Made by a program: the position numbers and the translations under genes. From Rhynchopus sp. YZ270_cl-10 (lineage: Eukaryota), in assembly GCA_964035575.1 (NCBI GenBank), contig OZ037841.1:1550001-1614000 (forward strand): DNA of 64,000 nucleotides. The letters run 5' to 3'. The notes under the pieces are model-generated. The model worked only from the letters and a program-made list of their open reading frames with translations. It did not search any database and had not been told where the DNA came from. This document shows, in pieces, positions 24,901-36,882 of this stretch (the first letter of the stretch is position 1; every line of letters starts with the position of its first letter).

Positions 24901-25586
24901 AGCAGGCCCTACGGACACAGGCCAGCCTCGTGGATGTCGCGCAACGTGAGGGACGGCATCTGAAGGCGGCGCTGGAGGACGAAGTGGAGCGGGTGCAGCG
25001 AGCGAACATTGCGGTGTCCGACCTGCACAGCACACTCCGCAGCCACACGCAGGACACCACCCGCCACATTGCTGCAGTAAAGGCACCGTCCGACGTCCTC
25101 GCAGCACGCTACCGCAGCCTCGAGGCCTCCTTCTGCACCCCACACATCTCCCCCGACGCTGAGGGCTGGGATGCAGAGGTGGCGGCACACTTCCTCCGCT
25201 GCGCGAAGCAGTGGTGCATCGACTACACCGCAGTGTCGCCTGGTCTGGACTCATTGATGTCCTTGGTTCAAAAAGACCCGCTCGGGTCTCCACACATCTC
25301 CCCCCCAAGGGGTCGGGAGCTGTTGTCCGGGATTGTTTCGTTATCTGCAGCCGCACCACCTTCTGTAGAGGGACTACACCGTGTGCAAATCCCGCATGCG
25401 GCTCTCCCCAAAGCAGAAGCAATTCTCGGAGGGGCACAGCCAGAGAGAAAGCGATTCGCCTCTAAGCCAGGTGTGAAGGGGCCCGCCAGGTCTCTCTCGC
25501 ATGATAATGGCAGAGCGGCAGCGCCAAGGCCGAAGGTGACACCGGTCAGAGCAGGGGGAGGGGCGACGTTTATTAGAGGGAAGTGA
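18967..25586 (+). CDS. Very long coiled-coil (cytoskeletal/tether-like) protein; exons 18967-19968, 21253-22035, 22106-22525, 22590-22787, 22884-24206, 24322-24741, 24801-25586
   Basis: Consecutive E/Q/A/L-rich ORFs join in frame through six phase-0 GT-AG introns (GTATGA, GTACGT, GTATGA, GTATGC, GTATGA, GTATCC donors; ...CAG acceptors). Confidence 0.85.
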
Positions 25587-26314
25587 GAGATTTAAAAGGT
25601 GGAAACACGAACCAAGAGAGTGTTCTTTTGTTTTTTTTTTCTATTGATCATCGTGGGTGTAAGTTTCCGTTTTTCCCCCCTTAGATACATGCCCCCTTTG
25701 ATAGTTGTGTGTTTGTTAGAATGGGGTAGGGATGGGTGGGCGGGGAGGGGAACCTCATAGACTGTTATTTTTGTCCCAGCATTGCCTGCGTCCTCTAGTT
25801 AGGGCGTTTGCGCTGTTCATCTTCTCTTGATGTACCGGTTGTGTATAAGCGTGAGAGGGTCAGCTGTAGGGTCAGCTTACAAATATTTCTCTAATTTTTT
25901 GTGTGAACGGCGAAGCGTTTGCACTTCCAACTTCTCTTTTGCGGAAAGTCCACAATATTTTATAGATTTGCCTTTTTTGACATATTTCCGGGAGTGTACA
26001 TGATCCTGTTTCTATTTTCTTTTTTTCACAATAATAACTACGCTACGAAGACTGTTACAACAAAAAGAACGTCATAGCCCTATCCCCTCCATATTTTGCA
26101 TGTACATAGCATACCAATAAAAAGACGAACCGAGGTTTTTTATTTGGTTTCCTTTTACATCTTCTGTTCTTGGCTGCAGGGTACTTGTGCTTTCATTACT
26201 CGGGGCTGGCATCGTACGTGGGTCAGTCGGAGGTGCCTGCATTCATAACTTCACTTTTATTTCCACACTCCATCCTAGACACACACTCTCTTTTCTCTCT
26301 TCCAAAATGATGCG

Positions 26315-29022
26315 ATGACGGTGGTTGCTGATCTTCACCAATTTGTGAGGGTGTGTGAGGAGCGGCACGCACTTGCAGATGACGTCGCACACCGCTATGC
26401 TACTGAATGCGAACAGCTGAAACAGGCCAAGACACACTACGAGGCACGCATCCGGGAGGAGTTGGTTAAATACGTCCGCATCATTCGCGACCTGCGAGAT
26501 GATCGTAAGGTGTTGGCAACAGAGATCCGCGGGCTGCGAACCTTAATCCAGCAGCGTGACTCTGCAGCAAAAAGGGTCGCGGACGGCGCACACCCGGACC
26601 ACGTCTATGCAGCGCGCCAGGTAGTTGGGGAAGAGAGCTGGCGGAATGCGAGCGGCGAGGTGCGTGCCGGTGTGCTGGCAGTGGTGCCGCATCTCTTGAA
26701 GGCGATGGAGAGCAACGAATCGGTCAACACAGATGCAAAGAAGGCAGAGCGGCACCACACTGCGACCGCAAGCGAGCTGCAAAAACTCCGCAAAGAGTAC
26801 GAACTATCACAGCAGGTGGCCAAAGCACGACTCGACCAGATCGACACAGAGCGGCAACGGGTTGAAGAGTCTCGCCGCGCCCTTGCGTCCCTCAAACACG
26901 AGCTCTCCGACCTCCACACCAGCCAGGTCTCCTTTTCCCCAGGACCCCCCACACCCGGCGTCGCACCCAGCCCAGCACCCCCTTCGATGTCCTCCTCCCA
27001 AGTCGGGTCGGGTCTCTTGGATATGTACACTGCGAGCCCCATTCTCACAGCAGCAGCGCCGAAATATGCGTACGTTTCTCTTCTCTGCAACGACCCGGAA
27101 GTGTCGATGCACGCGGCAAGCACGACAATCGATGCGGATCTGTGCGAAGCGATGAAACAGGGTAAGGACGAAGCAGTGGTGTCGTTGGTGGAGAAGTGCA
27201 GACAGCTGTCTGAGGAGAATGACAGCTTACGACAGCATGTGTCGGCAGCGAATATGCAAGCTGTGAAGAGTCAGAACCTTGCGAGGGACAGAGTCAACGA
27301 AGAGAAGGAGGCTCTCACACTGCAGAAGGCGGAGCTGGACGCACAGCTTGCGGCGTTGGAAGCGTTCACGGAGCCTGCAACGACGGATACGGCTGGGGAA
27401 AAACGGTCGCAGGCGCTGAAGACTATCATAGAACAGCGTGATACATACAAAGCGTCACTCCAAGAGGCTAAAGACACGCTCGCCCAGGCCAGAGAAGACA
27501 TCGTGAAGTACAAGAACCTCATAGACGCAAAGAGAATTGCGCTGTTCGAAAAGGCGAAGTTTGCGGAGGAAGACGCTGAGAGACGGGTGGAAACAGAGAA
27601 GGAGCGCTTTCATGCTCAGCACAAGGAACTTGAGGTATTTTTTTTTACTCTTTTTTTTTTTTTGCACGCTTTGGCGTTTTTTGCACCTTTCGGAACAATT
27701 CTGTGTTTACGTTGTTTCGAATCAACATCCTGATACATTTCATATGCCCTCTCTGTTTTCACCCACCTTACATCTACAGCTCCTCCGGGAACAAGTCAAC
27801 TGCCGAGTCATGGACAGCAACGTCACAACCGAGGTGCTTGAGTTACAATACGAGGAAGCGCTGATCCGGATCCTACTTGTTGAGGAGGTAATGCCCCCAC
27901 CACCCCCCCCACACGCCCTCCCACCACCCACACCTACCCCAACAGGAAGTCCTTGGCCGCCCCAAGGTCAAACCGCTCATGATGAACCGCCGTGTCCAAG
28001 CACCCGTTGAAGGGGAGAGCCCTGCTTGGACATGGGAAGAGGGCTCCCCGACTGAAAGGGAGTTGGAAGGCATGACGCCGCTTGAACTGACGGTGGTGTT
28101 GTGTCATAAGATTGATGAGAATCTCGCGCATACTACGGTCATGAAGGTACCGGACTCTTGCACTGTGGCGGAGCTGTTGCTTCTCTTTGCTCGCCAGATG
28201 GATAACAAATTCAGTGTCACCCTGAGCCCCAACGAGCTGGCACTCACCGTCACTGCAAGCGACGAACGCGCCCTGCTCGAATTCGTCGACAACGACCAAT
28301 CTCTCTTCCTCGACCCCGACGAAGCACCACCGTACAGCACACTCTTCTCACCCCGCGACCACGCCTCCAAGCGGCAAACCTCCAAGCGGGAGTACCCCTG
28401 CTCGGACCGCCCCCTCCGCACCCTTTCCTACATCTACCAGAACTACGTGGTCAGCGGCGTCACCCTCGAAGACGACGTTCAGGTGCGTGTCTGGTTCACT
28501 GTTGTCCCTGCCGCGCAGCCGGTTGCGAAGCCGTCCTCGGAATCCCCTTCCGTTGTTCCCCTGACCACGATGATCACGGTGCACGAAGCGGCCAGGAAGT
28601 TCAAGAGTTTGATTCCAGAGAAACCGCCGCAAGAGGAGCCGAAGTCGTCTCCTGTGCGGGTGGCGTCGGAAGGGAGGGCTTCGAACGCAGTGGAGTCGCC
28701 GCAGGAGGGGGCAGGTGGTGGCGGTGGTAATGGTGGGATAGTGGGGCTGCGTCCCAGCACGTCGTCGGGCCAGCGCAGGTCCTCGCAGCCAGGTGGACTC
28801 TTCCCCCCAGGCTCGCCACGCCTTCCCAAGCGCGGTGGCAGCAGTGGCCCCGGTGGAGGCAAGACAAAGAAGGTCGTCCGCAGTGCCTCCCCACTCTCAC
28901 CAGGCCCAGTCGCAGTAGCACGACGCGGCTCCCCTACAGGGAAGAACGCTGGCAGAAGGGCCTCCATCGGAGTCCCAGGTACAGGGCGACGTGCCTCAGC
29001 GCCGGCTTACTCCGGAATGTAG
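26315..29022 (+). CDS. Coiled-coil protein with a possible ubiquitin-like fold and a low-complexity basic tail; exons 26315-27634, 27780-27887, 27946-29022
   Basis: Two GT-AG introns join the 472-aa and 347-aa ORFs in frame. 'VMKVPDSCTVAELL' is beta-grasp-like (weak). Confidence 0.75.
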
Positions 29023-29619
29023 GGAAGATGGGATGTCTGTTCATGTGACCGATGAGTGGTCATAAGGGTCAATTTTACAACCCCAAGTTTTTGGGGAAAA
29101 TTTTTTCAGGAATGGTACCCACCTATTAGTGACCGGGGGGGGGTGGTTGTTGAAAAAAAATATTGTGGATATATAGGGCTTTGTAACTGCAACATGTGTT
29201 AAAAAAAAAACGACTTTCCAAAATGTTCTAGGTTCTTTTTTGGTAGATTTTTAAAATATAGGCATTGCTTTCGTTACTCTCCGCCCCTCTCTCTCTCTCT
29301 CTCTCTCCTCCTCCTCCTCCCCACCTCAATAACACAACCCAGAACGGGGGCGGGGCCTCACAAAGGAGAGACGGCGTCTCTCTTTGCCACATAACTATCC
29401 TTTCCCCCCCCCTCATTACCCCCTATACACATTTCCCCCCCGCTTAGTTCCACCCTCCTAGCTTTTTAAAAGACTAAGCACCTATACGCCTATACGCTTA
29501 GGTTCATTCAAACTTTTACCTTCTCTCACTCTCTCTCATTTGCCCCCTTTTTTGGGTATTTTACACTAATTTGTAAAACACTCATTCGTGAAAAACTATT
29601 AAAAAAAAAAAATCCCTTG

Positions 29620-32439
29620 ATGGGATTGCTTCATACTAAGGAGCGAGAGTATTCAAATTGCAAGGAGAAGGACCGGCAGGTGTTGTTGGCGTCATGGCAG
29701 GGTATCCAGAGGACAATGCAGTTGGATGAGTTTGTGGGGAATGTGTTTTCGGATATGATGCGGAAGGACGAGGAGTCACGACATATCCTGGGACAGAGCA
29801 AGCTGTCGCAGCGAAAACGCATGGTGACAAGCATTGTGGAATGGGCGGCGAACCCACCAAGCTCGGACCTCATCCTCGTTGCCGCAAGGCAGCACGCCCA
29901 CCTTGGTGTCCGTGAACGCCATATCACCCTCCTCTGCGAGACCATCGCCACCATCGCCATCAGCGCCACCCCACCGAAGGAAGACGTCGACCTCACCGGA
30001 GCATGGAAGCGCTGCCTCCAAAAACTCTGTTCCCACTTCATCCCAACGTGCGAAGAAACATCTGAAGCGCTACGCCAAGCTCGCGACACCTCGACAGCAA
30101 TGTCCAGCAATGATTCCGCAAAAAAGGCGCGGGCAATAAAACTGCTGACCGCAACACAACCACAACCAGGGTACGCAGGGACACTCAAAATGAGTCAATA
30201 CTCCTGCATGAAGCAGAGACCACCAAGTCACGACAGCGACCACGCTAGTGCATACTTCAGAGACAGATGGGTGGAGCTGCACTCTCAGTTTGTGTATTAC
30301 TTCAAAAAGCACGGCGACGAGAAGGCGATTGGTCTCATCGACCTAGCGCTGTGCCAGCTGGTGGACACAGACTCGCCGCAGTCGACGTTGCCTTCACCTC
30401 CTGAGAAGTACACCTTCGCACTGCTCACACAGGCGCATGCTTACCCTTACTACTTCATTGCAGAGGACGAAAGCTCCAAAGAGCATTGGTTCACAACGGT
30501 ATGTCAAGAATTGAGCTCAAAATTGATACGCAAGGAGAATACGTGGAAAGCTTGTTGAACGTACCCCATGCAATGATGTGGGGTTTAGAGAGGTAAAAAG
30601 GAATAGAGAGGGGGAGGTAGCGCAATCATGACGACACCACAACACCAACAGTTCCGGAAGGCGTGCAATAGGTTTTCGTTGATTCGTTCGGATCTGAATG
30701 AGGGAGACAGGGTGAAGGTGTGGTGCCGAGCCACAAGTGACTTTGAGGTATTTCATCTCCCCCCCCTCCCAGCCGATGAATGTCGCTGTGTTTTATATTA
30801 ATTCACAGTGTCTACATATCCGATCTACGGTGAGGCGTTTGCGCTTTTCAATGTCTCTTTATTTACTCAAAACCCCAAAAACGAAATGAAAGGCTACTTC
30901 AACAGTTCTAGATTTCTTTTTTTTTTTTTTTTGTTGAGAAATATTGATTGACCAAAACTACTACATTTTTTCCCCTCAAACAGACCGGAGTAGTCAAATG
31001 GGTCGGCCAGATTGCTGTGCCACCGAAGTCAGCCTCTGTCGCACAGTACAAGGTATCCCTCTCCTCCCTCCCTCCCTCCCTCCCTCCCTCCCTCACCCTT
31101 CACCCAACCCCCATCACACAACCCACCTCAGGATGGCCTATGGGTAGGCATTGAATTCAAAGAGTCGATAGGGATCTGCGATGGCGCAATGCATGGACAC
31201 AGATATTTCACCTGCGATGCCCGCCACGGACTGCTCGTCCCTGCACACGAGGTCAAGACCTTGGGGCTGCTTGAAATACACATTGAGGGTGAGGAGCTTG
31301 CACCTACTACGTACCGTCCTGACGACTTCGACTTTTTGACAGTTCTTGGGAAGGGCTCCTTTGGGCGGGTCTGCAAAGTGCGTGACAAGAAGATCGGCAC
31401 GCTCTACGCCTGCAAAGTACTACAAAAGGCTGCCCTCGTCAAGGAATCGCAAATCCGCAATGTCTCCCGCGAGAAGTCGCTCCTCCTCAACATCCGCCAC
31501 CCTTACATCGTCAAGCTTCATGCGGCATTCCAAACGAGGGGACGCCTTTTCCTTCTCTTTGACTTTCTTTCCGGCGGCGAATTGTTTTTGCACATGACAA
31601 AATGCCCAAAAGGCCATTTCTCTGAGGTGCGCGCACAGTTCTATATTGCAGAGGTTTCCCTCGCAATACAGCACCTCCATTCAAACAATATTGTACACCG
31701 AGATTTGAAGGCAGAAAACCTCGTCTTGGATGCAGAAGGGCACGTTGTTTTGACCGATTTTGGCTTCGCAAAGACTATCGAAGAAAACGAGGCAAACACA
31801 ACAAAATGCGGTACCCTTCCTTATATGTCTCCAGAAATGCTCCGGCAAGGCCCCAACGGGTATGGCATGGAGGTAGATTGGTGGGCCCTCGGGGTCCTCC
31901 TATTTCTTATGCTTACGGGTTGTTATCCATTCTGGGCGGAGGAGACGATGCGGACAGTACAACAGATCCTCGAGCGGGAGATCACCCCAGAGTGTTTCCC
32001 ATCAAGCCCGTCGTCTCTTGAAGCGAAGCAGTTTGTGAGCAAACTGTTGCACAAAGACCCGACACAGCGGCTGGGGAGAGAGGGCTTTGTGGCGGACGTA
32101 TGGTTTAAAGGGTTCAACTGGGTGAAATGCCTTGCCAGGGAGCTGGCAGTACCGTTTGTCCCCGAGGCGTCTGCGGGGGCGAAGTACTTTGATGCAAGCC
32201 GGTGTTCCATTATGTGCAGCGAGGCGGGCGCTAACGCATTGGACGCTTCAAAGCACCCTGCACAAAAGGTAGAGGCATTTACCTCCTTCTACGACGTCCA
32301 CCTGGACTACAAAAACTGCGACGAAACCATCCTGGACGACACAAGAGAAAACATGCTCTTCATCAACGCACTCAACAACGAAAAGGAAGACCGTGACGAC
32401 TCGACACCTGCCCTAGAACGGTATTTGATCGACACCTAA
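29620..32439 (+). CDS. Globin-PH-CAP-Gly-AGC Ser/Thr kinase fusion (~783 aa); exons 29620-30498, 30652-30747, 30984-31052, 31132-32439
   Basis: Three phase-0 GT-AG introns give one frame. Globin: 'VLLASW', 'ARQHAHLGV', 'GAW'. PH: 'RWVELHSQFVYYFK', 'GLIDL', 'FIAEDESSKEHW'. CAP-Gly: 'GDRVKV..GVVKWVG..WVGIEF..GICDG..RYFTC..GLLV'. Kinase: GKGSFG, YACK, HRDLKAEN, DFG, CGTLPYMSPE, VDWWALG. Confidence 0.88.
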
Positions 32440-34167
32440 ATGGGGGGTGATTGGGGAGGGGGGGATTGGGGAGATTCTCAAGATACGGTGTTTTTTTTTC
32501 AATTTTTTCAAGGTGGCCAAGTAGGTTCATCTTACCAATTTTTTTTCAATTTTTTTTGGATGTAGAGGTGTGGACCAGGCACATCTCATTTTTTTTCAAA
32601 ATTTTAATGTAAACTATCAAAAATGGAGCACTGCGTTGATGGTTGCAGTGTACTAAGGTACACTGTCACGAGAGGGCTTGGTATTTCAACATTTTTCAAT
32701 TTCTATTATGGTGACTAAGCGGCGAGGGGCTTAGGTTCATTTTATAAACCTTTCTTTTTGTTTTCCTATGACACAAAGCTTGTTGGGGTGGAATATGGGG
32801 GGGGGGGGGACATCCAGTAAAAAAAAGAAGAAAAACATCTGGCTTTCTGGTGTATTTGTTTTCCCCCCTATTTACACTGGGTGGCATATTATAGGAACAG
32901 TATGCCCAGGAACGTTCACACCTGTATTGGGGGGTCTGTTTAGGTGATGGGGATTAGATTTAAAATTGGGATGGGATTCCTCCTCTGCATTTCTGTACAA
33001 ATGAACACTAGGAAAAAAAAAATCATTGTTTTTTTTTTGTTTTTTTTATGAAATTAGTTTGTATTTGTTTTTTGATGACTCAGCACGTCAGGCTTTCTTT
33101 GCTCATCTTGTCTATCTTTTATTGCCTATTTCGTCAGGATGTGCGTGCTCTGAGAGGTACCTTCATCTTCACGTTGTGTTTTTTCTTTGTTTCTTTGTTT
33201 CTTTTATTAGTCCGTTGTACCCATTGCCTGGACCGCCCTTATGCTTCCCCCCGGGCAGTTGTCCTCTCCTTGGTTGTTTCTCACGCGCCTTTTGTTTTTT
33301 CTTTCTTTTCTTTTACTGCCCTCGCCCTGCGTCCACCCGGTGTTCGGAGGCATTTGCACCTTCAAATTTCTCTTTTTTTTTTTGGTACACAGACAGTCAC
33401 TTTGTGTTTCAAATCTTTTCCTATTTTGAGCGTTTTTTCTTCTAAGAGATGGGTGTACTGTACTCAGCACGACACCTTTCATCTCTCAAGTATTCTTAAG
33501 TGTTAGGTGACGAAAAGTATGAGGGATCATCTGACAATCGTTTTTTCTTTACATTTTTACCACCAGTGGTGTTCCGGAAACACCTGTCAAGGACCTCCGG
33601 AACATCAACCAGGTTTGCAAAATATCAATTTCAGACAAACATGTGATGTGCACATTATCTGTGTACATTATTTATGCTTAGGTGAGAGGCTTAGGTCCAT
33701 CTTACCCAGCCTTTTTTCTCTCGATTTTTCCATTTTTTTTTGTCGAAAATGGATAGCCGCTTTATGGCGGCAACTCTCTGGAAATGACAACAACACAACG
33801 TGGCATTGCACTGCTTGTCTTGTAGTAGTGAGAAAGTGTTTTCCGGTCCGTACGGCAACGCTTCAAAGAACGTTGCACCAAAACACTTAAAAAGCGGTTT
33901 GTATAGTTATAGAATGTGTGCACATTGCTGTGAAGCACATCGTTGTGCTGCGTTTTTCTTTTCCCCTCATGTTCGTTGTTTTGTAGCAACACCACTTTGC
34001 CTCTCACTTCACACCCCTGGGGATAATGAATTCGGGGAAAACAAACAAACAAACAAACAAACAAAAATTATTTTAAATGGGACGACTTTTTTGATAAAAC
34101 AACTTGTTGTCAATTCTAAAAAGATTGGAGGCAGCGCTGCGGGCAAACAAAACGGATTGAAAAAGAG

Positions 34168-35066
34168 CAGAGTTTCCGCCAAGGTGTACCGGGGTGTACT
34201 TTGGTACACCCCAATATTTTTCCCGGAAAAATTTGGATTTTTACAGGGATTCGGGGTGTACCAAAGTACACCCCGAGAAAAATGGGGTTTTAGAGGTTGT
34301 CGATGACCCCCCGTGGTCATGTGACCCCACCGTGCAGAGTGTTTGGCTCGCTGTGTCAAAAGAAGTGGAAGAAAAGGGGTAAAATCTAGGGGGGAAAGAA
34401 AAAAAAGTAGCGTACCGTGCGCCTGCGGCGCTGTGTTGTTGGCTATTTGATGTTGCTATATTATCATTGACACTTCTGTGTGTTGCCTCCTTTTTTAAAG
34501 GAGGCCTCGGTGCAAGCGACGAGTGCATTCACTTTCTATTACATGTTCCGCAGCACTGTAATCACTGTGTAGCGCCATGCAATGAAAAAGCAAATGCCAT
34601 CACCCTCTCACAAGACTCCTTTACCTTGTTAAGCTTCCACCCCCGACTTCCAAACGAACCACCTCTACCAGACAACACAGCTGTGAAGCTTAACATGGTT
34701 GTTGTCAAAGCTGGTGCTAAAAAGCCTGGTGCTAAAACCCAAAAGTTGTGCCAAAGCTGCGGCAGAGCCGACTTCTCTTGGTCAAGAAGGAGACCCCTCC
34801 CACGGTTGACGAGGCGATACGGCCAGTGGAAGTGACACCTCAACCGGTAGTGCGTGTATCTCGCGCCTCCCTCTGCCCTTTCAACCCTTCCCAAAAAAAA
34901 ATTTTTGTAGCACCCCCCCGCACGCTTCACCTCTTACCTGTGTCTGCCAGGGAGGCGCGCGCGAAGCGCGCGACGACCGCTTTTTCGGGGAGAAAAATTT
35001 TTTTTTGGGGGTCGTTTTCATGGTACACCCCGATTTCTGAAACCCCAAATCCTGGCGGAAACCCTG
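34168..35066. mobile_element. Non-autonomous hAT-like element
   Basis: TIR CAGAGTTTCCGCCAAGG / CCTGGCGGAAACCCTG with subterminal GGGGTGTAC/GTACACCCC repeats. Flanks AAAAAGAG / AAGAGAGA give only an imperfect TSD. Confidence 0.8.
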
Positions 35067-35945
35067 AAGAGAGAAAAAAAAAAAAAAAAAAAAAAAAAGG
35101 TAACAACGTAACAAGGCTCGACTGCCACATAGTGGGGGGAGATCTGTGCAGCCTGTATGTTCCCCCCGATTTTCGTGGTAAATGGGGAGGCGCTTCCGTT
35201 TAACGGCAACCCACAAGAGTAGAACAACAACCAAACTTTTGAGAAACAGACGCCAATGAGACCTAGAGTCTCTCTTCTTACTTGTGTGCTACAGACAAAC
35301 ATGACAACGCTAACCACGACTGCCACGGCAGAGCGGGGTCCCTAACGGTTCACTGGGGGGGATCCACATAGATAAAGAAAACAAAAAAAACGAAAGCAAG
35401 GAAGAAAACCAGTAAAAAAAAAAAAAAAAAAAAAAAAACAGAAGCTTGCTTGTTTTCTTTGAGTACTCAATTAACCACAACAACCGTACTTCAGTTTAAC
35501 ACATTTTTTCACCTTTTTGTTTTTCCGGCTTTGAGCGCACAAACAAAAGACCCGATCTTTTTTTGGCTTTTTTTTTTCCACAACGCAATTCTTAGATTTT
35601 GCGGGATTTTTTTTTAGAGAAAAAAAGCGGCGGGTGTCTGCTCCCCATCCCCACCCCTCTTCGTCTGCCTCTACTTATGTATTTCAGAGAAGAAAAAAAG
35701 CAAACTCGGTGTATACATAATGATTAATCCAACCATGGGATGTGTCCATTTCTCGAATTCTTTTTTTTTTTGTCTCAGGGTACCGAAACTTTTTTTTTTG
35801 GTAAGCGTCACCGCCCGCACTTTTTTTTGGATTTTGCGAAAAAAAAATTATGAAGAAAAAAAAAATTATGCAGGTGTTTTTTCTACTGGGGGGGGGAAGC
35901 TGGTGTCGGTGACGATTCACCTGCAAGGGAAACGCTTCGAGAACG

Positions 35946-36360
35946 TGTACTGTACTGTACTGTACTGTACTGTACTGTACTGTACTGTACTGTACTGTAC
36001 TGTACTGTACTGTACTGTACTGTACTGTACTGTACTGTACTGTACTGTACTGTACTGTACTGTACTGTACTGTACTGTACTGTACTGTACTGTACTGTAC
36101 TGTACTGTACTGTACTGTACTGTACTGTACTGTACTGTACTGTACTGTACTGTACTGTACTGTACTGTACTGTACTGTACTGTACTGTACTGTACTGTAC
36201 TGTACTGTACTGTACTGTACTGTACTGTACTGTACTGTACTGTACTGTACTGTACTGTACTGTACTGTACTGTACTGTACTGTACTGTACTGTACTGTAC
36301 TGTACTGTACTGTACTGTATACTGTACTGTATACTGTACTGTTTACTGTACTGTTACTGT
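35946..36360. repeat. (TGTAC)n microsatellite
   Basis: Long perfect pentamer array that degenerates at the 3' end. Confidence 0.98.
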
Positions 36361-36413
36361 GTTTTGACCATCTGGGGGTACCAAATACACGTTTTTGTAT
36401 AACCCCTCCCCAA

Positions 36414-36568
36414 GTGTACAGTGTGTACAGTGTGTACAGTGTGTACAGTGTGTACAGTGTGTACAGTGTGTACAGTGTGTACAGTGTGTACAGTGTGTAC
36501 AGTGTGTACAGTGTGTACAGTGTGTACAGTGTGTACAGTGTGTACAGTGTACAGTGTATTGTACAGTG
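36414..36568. repeat. (GTGTACAGT)n 9-mer tandem array
   Basis: Direct tandem repeat visible in the sequence. Confidence 0.97.
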
Positions 36569-36882
36569 AATTTTTTCTATAGGTCAACAACTTGGCCATT
36601 TCTGCAAAATGACCCCACCACTTCCTGGGATTGGCTCAAAAATGCAAATGCCAGCGTTTTCCTTCACATTCCCGCAAACCTTGAAAAATCTTGACACACC
36701 AAAAACACCTGCATATTTTTTTTTCCCTACCATAATTTTTTTTTCTTCATAATTTTTTTTCCCGCACGCCCGCACTTTTTTTGGAGATGTGCCGGGACGC
36801 TTACAAAAAAAAAAAGTTTCGGTACCCTCACAAAACCTAGCAAAATAATCTAGCAAAAAAAAAAAAAAAAACAAATATAAAC

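Larger units (their letters stand above)
35777..36828. mobile_element. Foldback/long-TIR non-autonomous element enclosing two satellites
   Basis: Imperfect inverted repeats of about 100-130 bp (AGGGTACCGAAAC-Tn-GTAAGCGTC...ATTATGAAG...TATGCAGGTGTTTT and its reverse complement at 36701-36828). No clear TSD. Confidence 0.7.

Noticed and set aside
32700..32745. Pistol ribozyme-like CUAAGCG...GU pattern
   Set aside because: No P1/pseudoknot partner or UAAAUAG linker; the simple CTAAGC/GCTTAG hairpin explains the conservation better.
35946..36568. CRISPR-like array
   Set aside because: Pure tandem repeats with no unique spacers, no cas genes, and a eukaryotic context.
35720..36694. ORFs of (YCTVL)n and (VQC)n
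   Set aside because: These are translations of microsatellites, not genes.
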